This document shows positions 48,993-57,726 of a stretch of 58,136 nt of DNA, piece by piece (the first letter of the stretch is position 1; the number at the start of each line of letters is the position of its first letter). The position numbers and the translations under genes were made by a program. Where the stretch lies: positions 1 through 58,136 of the IMG/VR virus record IMGVR_UViG_3300022937_000026. The stretch is one strand, 5' to 3'. The notes under the pieces are model-generated. The model was not told the DNA's origin. It did no database searches and saw only the letters and a list, made by a program, of their open reading frames with translations. Source of the stretch: a virus (lineage: Duplodnaviria; Caudoviricetes).

Positions 48993-51676
48993 TAGGTTTC
49001 AAAAATCCTTCTAATTGTTCCATCTGGTAGTGTTTCGTCAACAAATGGTTTAGTTTTGTCAATATTAAAGTTTACTATTGTTCCATTTGACTGTCTACGT
49101 CTTAATTGTATTTCAGGCTCAGCAGGTTTTTGAGGTCCTTTCGGTCCGGCTTTTAGTAATGATTCTGGAATTCCAAGAGAACGTGCAAGATCTTTAAATG
49201 CATCTTCGAGAGTTGCTGTATCTTGTATAACTGGTGGAGTTTCAGCTACTGTTGTTTTTGGTTTTTCTTCACCGCTAAATTTAACTTGTAGAGCATCAGC
49301 TTTACTTTGTGCAAGGAATTTCTCATCATAGTCTAGTGTTTGTCCTTGCATTCTTACACATTTAAGAACCTGAGTAAACTTATTTGATGAAATCTTATGT
49401 TCGCATCGTACAACTCTATATATTCCACTAAACGGACTTTCTTTATCGTTCTTGAATTGCATTAATCCGTCAGTGCCTATGTCTTCTGGAGTTCTCCAAC
49501 CGATATAGATATAAACATCCTGGTCTTCATAGTTTGCTGTTCCATCTTCAGTAATTTGTTCTCCAGATTTAGAAGAGAAATAATTGTTAAATCCATGATC
49601 GATCATATAATATGGATCGCCCATAATTTCTAGATCAACCATAATCAAATCTGCAGATGTTCCTTTAATAACTGCTTCGTGGAAAGACTGAGCAACTTTT
49701 TGTTTAACATCTTCATATCCAAATCCACCCTTCTTCATTTGCCATAACAAATTAGGATCTCTCTTAACTTTAGACTTAGGCAAATTACCAGCTGCTGCTT
49801 CTACAGTTGCACCTTCACCGGCGGTGGCTTTGTCAGCTTCTTTTGCGACTGTTCCTTGTTGGTTTTTCGTAACGTTTGTCTGTGATGCCCTTTCTGGACT
49901 AGGATTTGAACCTGCGTAAAAAAGATTGTTGAAATTAATTTTAAAATCTATAATATCTACATTTTGTCCTGTATAGATATACTCGTATTTCTTACAAATA
50001 TTTTTTTGTAATTCTGGATAGCCAATTGGCGCTGCCTGAGGATTACTAAACACACTGTTATGAACTTTAAAGGGATAAATTCTAAAGGTATATTTTTTAG
50101 CAAAATCACCTATAACAGGATCGTAGTCTAAAAGTTTTACCTGCACACTTACTTTAAACCATTTAACAAAACCTTCAGGTGTTAAATTTTCAGGCTTACT
50201 AACTGCATCACTACAATATGTACTTCCTAAAATAACCTGTTGAATAACATCGGTTATAGATTGTCCTTGAGTAAAATAAAATTCTCTACTTTTAGGATCA
50301 ATTGACATTTTTCCTCTATTAACTCTGCCTGTTTTTTCGTCACGAACATCTCCTTGTTTAGGGTTGATGTAGTTACCGCCATAAGTAGATGCAAAACCAA
50401 AACCTGCTTCTGAAATAGGATTTGATCCTACTTCTGTAGTAGTGGTTGCAGTTTGTCCTCCAACTGATCTGCCAGGTGGATCAGATGGATTAACTGTTGC
50501 AGTGCCTTGCTCTGTTCCTGCTTCTGGAGCAGGATCATCATATGATTCCATAGGAAATACAACTTCGTAAATATCAGGCTTACTATATTTTCCTGCTTCT
50601 ACGTTTCTTTTTTCATTATCATTTAAAACTTTAACTAAACTTTTTTCACTTTCTACTAATACTTCCTTAACAGTTCCTTTTCCGAAAGTTGCAGGCTTAA
50701 TACTGAAATTACTCCATATAGTATTAACTGTATCAGAAAACGCCTGTTCACTAAAAGGATATGCTTCAACACTATATTTGCTGCCAGATTCGTCAACTTC
50801 AAATCCTACTTTTTTAAACTTGATACAAAAGTATTTAGGTTTAACAGAACTTATTTGACTTCCGTTTTCATGCCAACCTTTAATATCTAATTTTAACAAA
50901 TAAGGTGCATCTAAATAGTTAAGATATCCTGCTTCAATCGCACCGACTTGAAGCGATTGTAACAGTAACCCCATACTGAAAGGTTCAAAAATAGTAAAAT
51001 TAAAACTAGTAGCATTTGTAATTCCTGTCTTAGGATTGGCTGCAATTACCGACTGCATTGTAAAATCATCTATATAATATTCAGGTGAGCCACTTGCAGT
51101 TTGTGTTCGGTATGCATCTCCTCTACCGCCAGAAGAAAATATTACAGAACTTTTTAGTTTGACAAAATCTTGTTGTCCCATTGCTACTCTTCCTGTAGCA
51201 ATAGTTTGTGAGCCGCTTGAAATAAAATCTAAACTATTTGTTCTATACGACGATGGGTTATTATATTGCTTAGGAGTAAGAACAACTAGTGAAAATAAAT
51301 GATTAACAGTTGCAAAATTTTCCATTGGGTTTGCAACTAACCCAGGTAAATGATGTCCTGCTCTTGTATGCTTTGAAACAGAAACAGGAACAACATCTCC
51401 TACACCGTTACTAATATTGTTTACTGCTGATTCTTCTTTTTTTCCTGTTGTTTTTTCTGCTGTGCCTTTCGATACTGTTGTACCGGCAGGAAATTGCATA
51501 ACCGGAGAACCATCTGGTTTTTTATTTAAAAATTGATCGAGTTGTTGTTCTGTTCCGAAGATACGAGTTTTTTGTCCGCGAATTTCAATATCTCTAAAAC
51601 CCTGTGTTCTATCAATATTAAAGTTTACTAGCTGACCGTTGTCTTGTATCCTTCTTTCTACAAACTCAGAAATCAT
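48992..51676 (-). CDS. Baseplate hub protein, gp27/VgrG-like
   Basis: Located between the gp53-like and gp5-like genes; LEIMGDPYY, FSGIYRVVRCEHKISSNKFTQVLKCVR. Confidence 0.6.
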   Translation of the reverse strand: MISEFVERRIQDNGQLVNFNIDRTQGFRDIEIRGQKTRIFGTEQQLDQFLNKKPDGSPVMQFPAGTTVSKGTAEKTTGKKEESAVNNISNGVGDVVPVSVSKHTRAGHHLPGLVANPMENFATVNHLFSLVVLTPKQYNNPSSYRTNSLDFISSGSQTIATGRVAMGQQDFVKLKSSVIFSSGGRGDAYRTQTASGSPEYYIDDFTMQSVIAANPKTGITNATSFNFTIFEPFSMGLLLQSLQVGAIEAGYLNYLDAPYLLKLDIKGWHENGSQISSVKPKYFCIKFKKVGFEVDESGSKYSVEAYPFSEQAFSDTVNTIWSNFSIKPATFGKGTVKEVLVESEKSLVKVLNDNEKRNVEAGKYSKPDIYEVVFPMESYDDPAPEAGTEQGTATVNPSDPPGRSVGGQTATTTTEVGSNPISEAGFGFASTYGGNYINPKQGDVRDEKTGRVNRGKMSIDPKSREFYFTQGQSITDVIQQVILGSTYCSDAVSKPENLTPEGFVKWFKVSVQVKLLDYDPVIGDFAKKYTFRIYPFKVHNSVFSNPQAAPIGYPELQKNICKKYEYIYTGQNVDIIDFKINFNNLFYAGSNPSPERASQTNVTKNQQGTVAKEADKATAGEGATVEAAAGNLPKSKVKRDPNLLWQMKKGGFGYEDVKQKVAQSFHEAVIKGTSADLIMVDLEIMGDPYYMIDHGFNNYFSSKSGEQITEDGTANYEDQDVYIYIGWRTPEDIGTDGLMQFKNDKESPFSGIYRVVRCEHKISSNKFTQVLKCVRMQGQTLDYDEKFLAQSKADALQVKFSGEEKPKTTVAETPPVIQDTATLEDAFKDLARSLGIPESLLKAGPKGPQKPAEPEIQLRRRQSNGTIVNFNIDKTKPFVDETLPDGTIRRIFET

Positions 51677-51677
51677 A

Positions 51678-51977
51678 CTACACTCCTAGGAATTGCTGAA
51701 GATTAGATTTCTTAGGAATAAAAATCTTTGTTCCAACTTCAAAATCATAAATTGGATCTTTAATAACATCCATGTTTCTTTGTACAAACACCCACCATAG
51801 TGTTGCATCACCATAAATGTCATATGCTAATAAGTCTGGTCTATTCTCATATTGACCTTCAATGGTATACAAAAAATCATCTGGTTCTGAAGGAACCGGT
51901 CTGATGTTCAATAACTCAAGGTAAAGACCGTTCTGTGGTGTATAGGCATATGGAGATGTTCTTGAATAGGTTGCCAT
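51678..51977 (-). CDS. Baseplate wedge protein, gp53-like (LysM-type)
   Basis: YENRPDLLAYDIYGDATLWWVFVQRN..IKDPIYDF..G..IFIP. Confidence 0.8.
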   Translation of the reverse strand: MATYSRTSPYAYTPQNGLYLELLNIRPVPSEPDDFLYTIEGQYENRPDLLAYDIYGDATLWWVFVQRNMDVIKDPIYDFEVGTKIFIPKKSNLQQFLGV

Positions 51978-51978
51978 A

Positions 51979-53157
51979 TTATAAGTATCCTTGGTTTGTT
52001 GGAGTTACCATTTTTCCGTTTGCAAAATTTTCTAAACTGAACTGTCTTAAATTTCTTCTGTTGTAAAGTGGTTGTACAGTAATACTAATATCGCTCTTAA
52101 TAGGAACCCAAGTTGGTTTAGAAGCGTCCATTAAGTTACATTTGATGTAGTTAACATCGGTTGGAAAATCTACACTAAAAGATTTTACCACTACAGGAAC
52201 ATTATTAAACACGCCGCCACCGTAGCCACTTAATAAACATACTATCGGTGGATTACCTGCATTTTGTCCTGTACCAAAAAACATTTTAGTAACAGTTCTA
52301 AAAAATACTGTAGACGCCAACCAGTAATGAGCTTGAACTTCATCTTCTACTGGGAACGGTCCTGAAATACTAATTTCGTCAACTTGACTGTTCTTGTAAG
52401 CCTGGAAGGGATAATTATTATGTGTTGGATCGATTTGTGTGTAATTTGCTTTTGTTGCTAGGTTAACAGTTGGAAGAATAGGAAATACTACTCCTCCTGT
52501 TGATTCAAGTACTTGAAACAAACTACTACTAAAGACACTCCAGTCTTTCAAATTAATTCTTACACGCCAGTCGTCGGCAGGTGTTGGTTGAACAGGAATT
52601 CCCGATCCTGATTGTTTAAACATTTCACCACCGGCAGGGATATTAGCACCCCTTTTTAGACTGAGTAAATTGTTAAGGACCCCTGCAGTTTTTGAAATTT
52701 GACCAGCAATATTTTGAATGCCTGTTCCTAGGCTGCCCGCACTAAGTTTGCTTACTGCTGAACTTATGTCCGCTGCTGAATTAGCAACACCGGCTGCTAC
52801 TGATGCAGCAGATTGTAGAGAATTAATTGTGTCGGCTGCATTTGAAAGTGCGCCGCCACCAACAGGACTTGATATGACATTACCCATTCCCGTAGCAACT
52901 TGGCCTGCGGCTGCTACAGAATTTAATGCTCCGTTAGCAAACTTGCCGTCAAAGCCTGCACCTTGTGCTGCTGCGGTAGCTTGGTTGAGTCCACTACCTA
53001 TTTCGCCTGACAGTCGAGATATTTTTTGGTCTAACTGTTGTTTCTTAATATCATTGGCAACTGCATCGCCTACTGCTTTTGCTTCGGTGATGGCTGTTTG
53101 TATGCCTTGTGACACGTTTGTAACAAGTTTAGCCAAAGGATTTATGTTTAATGCCAT
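51979..53157 (-). CDS. Putative tail tube initiator / baseplate-tube junction protein (gp48/gp54-like)
   Basis: C-terminal domain GVVFP..P..THNNYPFQAY..NAGNPPIVC.LSGYG..FNNVPVVVKSFSVDFP.DVNY; Ala/Gly-rich N-terminus; position in the module. Confidence 0.55.
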   Translation of the reverse strand: MALNINPLAKLVTNVSQGIQTAITEAKAVGDAVANDIKKQQLDQKISRLSGEIGSGLNQATAAAQGAGFDGKFANGALNSVAAAGQVATGMGNVISSPVGGGALSNAADTINSLQSAASVAAGVANSAADISSAVSKLSAGSLGTGIQNIAGQISKTAGVLNNLLSLKRGANIPAGGEMFKQSGSGIPVQPTPADDWRVRINLKDWSVFSSSLFQVLESTGGVVFPILPTVNLATKANYTQIDPTHNNYPFQAYKNSQVDEISISGPFPVEDEVQAHYWLASTVFFRTVTKMFFGTGQNAGNPPIVCLLSGYGGGVFNNVPVVVKSFSVDFPTDVNYIKCNLMDASKPTWVPIKSDISITVQPLYNRRNLRQFSLENFANGKMVTPTNQGYL

Positions 53158-53184
53158 TTTGGTAAAATTTCCTTATCTTTACTC

Positions 53185-53191
53185 TATTTAT
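53185..53191 (-). promoter_or_regulatory. Putative late promoter (ATAAATA) heading the baseplate operon
   Basis: Located in the divergent intergenic region 53158-53238. Confidence 0.55.
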
Positions 53192-53204
53192 TCTGAGAAT
53201 AATG

Positions 53205-53216
53205 TGCTATTATAAT
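53205..53216 (+). promoter_or_regulatory. Extended -10-type promoter for the sigma factor gene
   Basis: TGcTATTATAAT (TGn followed by -10 hexamers) upstream of GGAG SD and ATG 53239. Confidence 0.5.
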
Positions 53217-53238
53217 AAGTATACGGAGAAATTTCTTA

Positions 53239-54084
53239 ATGACTATAAATCGAATAAAATATCTTACAAATAAAGACCTATTAGCTGAAATTCATAGAAG
53301 TAAAAGCAGTTTTTGCTCATTCGTAGATGCTGATTACCATCAATATGACGTTATTCTACCAAGTCTTGAAAAAATTAATATTAGAACCATTGCAGAAGCA
53401 AAACGCAACCGTGCTTCACGTTTATCAAAACTAGCACACGAAGAAGCAATGGAAGCGGCTGGTAAAAAATTGCCAGCTAAACAGTTTGACATTGATTACA
53501 GAAAAATGGAAAAAGTTGATCTAGTTTTTAGAATTATGACTTTTGACCATATACCAGAAGACCACGGAAGAAAGAAAACAAAAAAGACAGTCGCAGATCG
53601 CCATGTAAAAGTAAACTTTCCACCATTCCAACATTGGAAATTTGACGAAAAGGACAACTTGGTTTGTGTTGGCAAAAGCCATTGGGAAGGCGGAATGGAA
53701 AATGGACATTTTAATCCTAAAGCAGGACAAATGACCAACGATCTTGCTAGAATGTTTATGAAATTATGTGATCGTTATGCAACACGTGGCAATGTGAGAG
53801 GATACACTTACAATGACGAAATGAAAGGACAAGCAATACTGCAACTTGCTCAAATTGGTTTACAGTTTGATGAGTCTAAAAGCAACAATCCGTTTGCTTA
53901 CTACACAGCAGCAGTTACTAATTCATTCGTGCGTATTATCAACATTGAAAAACGCAATCAAAATATTAGAGACGACATCCTCGAAATGAACGGAATGAAT
54001 CCAAGTTGGACTAGACAAAACGAAGGTCGTGATAATGGTGATACTCAGCCTAGATCTGTTTCGAAACTTTCAGAAGACGATTAG
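53239..54084 (+). CDS. Late-transcription sigma factor, T4 gp55-like
   Basis: YLTNKDLLAEI and NVRGYTYNDEM...QFDESKSNNPFAYYT...FVRIINIEKRNQ; precedes gp47/gp46 as in T4-like phages. Confidence 0.8.
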   Translation: MTINRIKYLTNKDLLAEIHRSKSSFCSFVDADYHQYDVILPSLEKINIRTIAEAKRNRASRLSKLAHEEAMEAAGKKLPAKQFDIDYRKMEKVDLVFRIMTFDHIPEDHGRKKTKKTVADRHVKVNFPPFQHWKFDEKDNLVCVGKSHWEGGMENGHFNPKAGQMTNDLARMFMKLCDRYATRGNVRGYTYNDEMKGQAILQLAQIGLQFDESKSNNPFAYYTAAVTNSFVRIINIEKRNQNIRDDILEMNGMNPSWTRQNEGRDNGDTQPRSVSKLSEDD

Positions 54085-54086
54085 AC

Positions 54087-54115
54087 TTGACAAATTTTTA
54101 AATCAAGCCTATAAT
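54087..54115 (+). promoter_or_regulatory. Consensus sigma70-type promoter for gp47-gp46
   Basis: TTGACA (54087-54092), 17-nt spacer, TATAAT (54110-54115), then AAGGAG SD. Confidence 0.9.
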
Positions 54116-54132
54116 ATAAGCAAGGAGATTTA

Positions 54133-55143
54133 ATGCCGTTATTTAAAAAAGCAGCCTGCTTTACTGATATTCATTTCGGAATGAAGTCGGGTAGTAGACT
54201 ACACAATATAGATTGTGAAGAATTTGTAAAATGGTTTTGCGAACAAGCAAAATCTGCTGGTGCTGAAACCTGTGTGTTTTTAGGAGACTGGCACCATAAC
54301 CGTGCGACTACCGATGTCAGCACAATGAACTATACAGTTTCAAACTTAGAAAGACTCAACGAAACATTTGAAAAAACTTATTTCATGGTTGGTAACCACG
54401 ATTTGTTTTACAAAGACAAACGTGAAATTAACTCCATTGAGTTTATGAGATTGTTTCCGAATATTATTCCTGTAACTAATCCATTCACTGAAGGCGAAGT
54501 AACTATGCTTCCCTGGTTAGTTGAAGAAGAATGGAAGACCGTTAAGAATATTAAAAGTAGATATGTGTTTGGACACTTTGAACTTCCGTATTTTAAAATG
54601 AATGCTATGGTAGAAATGCCAGATCATGGTGAACTACAGGCAGACCATTTTGTTAATCAAGAATATGTGTTCTCAGGACACTTCCATCAACGTCAAACAA
54701 AAGGCAATGTAACTTATATTGGTAATGCATTTCCGCACAACTACGCAGATGCATGGGATGATGAACGTGGCATGATGTTATTGGAATGGGGTGGAACACC
54801 TGAATACCGTACTTGGCCAGGACAACCAGTATATAGAACTTTTAGATTGAGTCAATTACTTGAAAAACCAGAACAGCATTTAAAAGAAAAAATGCATTGT
54901 CGAGTAACAATTGACATTCCAATCACGTTTGAAGAAGCAAACTTTATTAAAGAACAGTTTATTCCAGAGTACAAGTTACGTGAATTAATGTTAATTCCGG
55001 AAAAAGTAGAAGTAGATTCAAATATAGATCCAATTGATCTTTCATTCGAAAGTGTTGATACTATTGTAATGAATCAGATCGAACAGTTAGACAGCGAAAC
55101 GTATGACAAGCGTATGCTGACGGAGATTTATCGAGACCTATGA
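54133..55143 (+). CDS. Recombination endonuclease subunit, gp47 / Mre11 / SbcD-like
   Basis: Metallophosphoesterase motifs TDIHFG, GDWHH, GNHD, GHF and SGHFH. Confidence 0.92.
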   Translation: MPLFKKAACFTDIHFGMKSGSRLHNIDCEEFVKWFCEQAKSAGAETCVFLGDWHHNRATTDVSTMNYTVSNLERLNETFEKTYFMVGNHDLFYKDKREINSIEFMRLFPNIIPVTNPFTEGEVTMLPWLVEEEWKTVKNIKSRYVFGHFELPYFKMNAMVEMPDHGELQADHFVNQEYVFSGHFHQRQTKGNVTYIGNAFPHNYADAWDDERGMMLLEWGGTPEYRTWPGQPVYRTFRLSQLLEKPEQHLKEKMHCRVTIDIPITFEEANFIKEQFIPEYKLRELMLIPEKVEVDSNIDPIDLSFESVDTIVMNQIEQLDSETYDKRMLTEIYRDL

Positions 55144-56918
55144 TCAAGATTAAAAATATAACAGTTAAAAACTTTATGAGTGTGGGTAATCAAACCCAAG
55201 CAATTGATTTTGATAAAGGAGAACTTACACTTGTTTTAGGTGAAAACCTAGATCTAGGCGGAGACGATAGTGGTTCTAGAAACGGCACTGGTAAAACTAC
55301 TATCGTTAACGCACTGAGTTATGCAATCTATGGTAATGCACTAACAAATATTAAACGAGATAACCTTATCAATAAAATTAATGGTAAGGGAATGTTGGTT
55401 ACTATTGACTTTGAAAAAGACGGAATTAATTATTCTATCCATAGAGGACGTAAACCTAATATTATGAAGTTTACAGTCAATGGAGAAGAAACAACTCCTA
55501 TTGATCAAGATGAAAGTCAAGGTGACAGTAGAGAAACACAAAAGGCTATTGAAGATTTATTCGGTATGAGTCATGATATGTTCAAGCATATCCTTGCTTT
55601 GAATACCTACACTGAGCCTTTTCTTTCAATGAAAAGCAATGATCAACGTGCTATTATTGAACAGTTACTTGGTATTACAATGCTTTCTGAAAAAGCAGAA
55701 GCACTAAAAGAAAAAATGCGTGAAAACAGAGATGCAATTAACGCAGAAAATACAAGAATTGAAACTGTTAAGGCTTCTAACGAAAGAATACAACAAAATA
55801 TCGAAAGTTTAGAACGTAAACAAAAACTTTGGGAAGATAATAAACAAACAACTATTATAGATCTCGAAAAAAGTATTCAATCATTAGAAAAAATTGATAT
55901 CGAAGCTGAAATTGATGCTCATAAATGCTGGGAACGTTTTAATGATAAGAAGCGTAAGAAGGAAGAAGCAGAACGTTGGATTGCTTCTATCACTGCTGAC
56001 AATCAAAAACAAGAAAAATTAATTTCTAAACTAAAAGCTGAACTAGAATCAATTGACAAACACGAGTGTTATGCTTGTGGCCAATCACTTCATGACTCTA
56101 AACAGGAAGAAATCAAGAAACAAAAAGAAGAATTGCTATACGAAGCAGCTTCACAGATTTTAACTAATCAAACACAAGAGCATGAACATTTAAATGTAAT
56201 AAAAGAAATCGGAGAACTTGAAAGTTGTCCGCATACAGAATATGATTCTGTTGAAGAAGCATACAATCACAGAAGCACAGTTGAAAGTTTGCAGAAAGAA
56301 CTAGATCAAAAACGCAAAGAAGACAATCCGTATCTAGAACAGATTGATGATTTAAAAGAAACTGCATTGCAAGAAGTTAGTTTTGACAAGTTAAATGAAC
56401 TTACAAAGGTAAAAGATCATCAAGACTTCTTATATAAACTCCTTACAAACAAGGATTCGTTTGTACGTAAAAAGATCATTGAACAGAATCTAGCATATCT
56501 AAATCAACGTCTAACTTACTATCTTTCTAAGGTAGGATTACCACATATTGTTGAGTTTCAGAACGATTTAACAGTGGTTATTACACAACTAGGACAGGAC
56601 TTAGACTTCGATAACCTCAGTAGAGGTGAACGAAATAGACTCATTTTAAGCCTAAGTTGGGCATTTAGAGATGTTTGGGAAAGTTTATATCACGGTATTA
56701 ATTTACTGTTTATTGACGAACTTGTAGACAGCGGTATGGACAGTGCAGGTGTTGAATCTAGTATTGCAATACTTAAGAAAATGACACGTGAGAGACACAA
56801 AAATGTATTCTTAATTTCACATAGAGATGATCTTGCAAGTCGTGTTAACACTGTTCTTAAGGTTATTAAAGAAAATGGGTTTACATCTTACTCAAATGAT
56901 GTAGAGATTGTACAATAA
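55140..56918 (+). CDS. Recombination ATPase subunit, gp46 / Rad50 / SbcC-like
   Basis: Walker A NGTGKTT, coiled coil, zinc hook CYAC, signature LSRGE, Walker B LLFIDE and H-loop ISHR. Confidence 0.93.
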   Translation: MIKIKNITVKNFMSVGNQTQAIDFDKGELTLVLGENLDLGGDDSGSRNGTGKTTIVNALSYAIYGNALTNIKRDNLINKINGKGMLVTIDFEKDGINYSIHRGRKPNIMKFTVNGEETTPIDQDESQGDSRETQKAIEDLFGMSHDMFKHILALNTYTEPFLSMKSNDQRAIIEQLLGITMLSEKAEALKEKMRENRDAINAENTRIETVKASNERIQQNIESLERKQKLWEDNKQTTIIDLEKSIQSLEKIDIEAEIDAHKCWERFNDKKRKKEEAERWIASITADNQKQEKLISKLKAELESIDKHECYACGQSLHDSKQEEIKKQKEELLYEAASQILTNQTQEHEHLNVIKEIGELESCPHTEYDSVEEAYNHRSTVESLQKELDQKRKEDNPYLEQIDDLKETALQEVSFDKLNELTKVKDHQDFLYKLLTNKDSFVRKKIIEQNLAYLNQRLTYYLSKVGLPHIVEFQNDLTVVITQLGQDLDFDNLSRGERNRLILSLSWAFRDVWESLYHGINLLFIDELVDSGMDSAGVESSIAILKKMTRERHKNVFLISHRDDLASRVNTVLKVIKENGFTSYSNDVEIVQ

Positions 56919-56923
56919 TAAGT

Positions 56924-57178
56924 ATGGCAACTGATTCTCATGATAAAATGATCGAAGCGTTCCAAAACTACTTCAAGTGGCAGGAGCGTTTTGAGTACAA
57001 AGGATCAGATGAAGCTGGTATTAAAGCTCGTTTCTGGTTATCTGAAATTAGAAACTTTGCAAGTGTACGAAGAAAAGAAATACAAGACAAACGATCACAT
57101 CGAAAAGAATCCAGAAAAGGTATGGTCGGACGTCCATCGAAAATAAACAATAGTAATGGCACAGAAATCGAAGACTAA
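56924..57178 (+). CDS. Hypothetical basic protein
   Basis: 84-aa ORF with a helical, Arg/Lys-rich C-terminal half. Confidence 0.7.
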   Translation: MATDSHDKMIEAFQNYFKWQERFEYKGSDEAGIKARFWLSEIRNFASVRRKEIQDKRSHRKESRKGMVGRPSKINNSNGTEIED

Positions 57179-57722
57179 AGGAAAATCATTTGAACGTGAA
57201 GTTGCTAACTTCCTCAGCGACTTGTACGAAGAGTCGTTTATCCGGGTACCGGGTAGCGGCGCATACGTTGGCGGAGCCAACGCTTCGCGCAAGGACAGCT
57301 TGTCCGAAGGACAAGTTCGCGGAGCGAAAAGCGATATTATTCCGCCTGACGGTTGGAAATACTTTAACGTTGAATGTAAAAACTATGCCGACTTTCCATT
57401 CCATCATCTGTTATGGAATAAATCAATTCCGCTGCTAGACAGCTGGATTGAACAAACCCTAGAACCTGCTGATCCAGGTGATTGCAACCTACTCGTTATG
57501 AAGTTCAATCGCAAGGGTCGTTACATAGCGTTCGAAACCAGAATTGCCGATCGAATATCGCCGGCGAGAGTATATACAAATAGGCACGTTACATACAGGC
57601 ACACCAAATCAAATACCGAATGGTTTATCACAGAATTTGACGACTTTTGGTCTCTCAACAAGGCAGCATTCAAAGAACTCTGCATCGGCGGCACTGAAAT
57701 TTTCTCCTCGCAAGGCCAATAG
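57156..57722 (+). CDS. Holliday junction resolvase-like nuclease (PD-(D/E)xK, Hjc-type)
   Basis: KSKTKGKSFEREVA, RVPGSGA, SDII and VECK (E-x-K). Confidence 0.75.
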   Translation: MAQKSKTKGKSFEREVANFLSDLYEESFIRVPGSGAYVGGANASRKDSLSEGQVRGAKSDIIPPDGWKYFNVECKNYADFPFHHLLWNKSIPLLDSWIEQTLEPADPGDCNLLVMKFNRKGRYIAFETRIADRISPARVYTNRHVTYRHTKSNTEWFITEFDDFWSLNKAAFKELCIGGTEIFSSQGQ

Positions 57723-57726
57723 GCAA

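Noticed and set aside
52718-53215. 165-aa + strand ORF antisense to the tube-initiator gene, and similar antisense ORFs at 23625-24122, 27632-28057, 9438-9863 and 20468-20803
   Set aside because: These are shadow ORFs expected from codon bias in Ala/Thr/Gly-rich genes. They have no SD or recognisable motifs and are fully overlapped by convincing genes.
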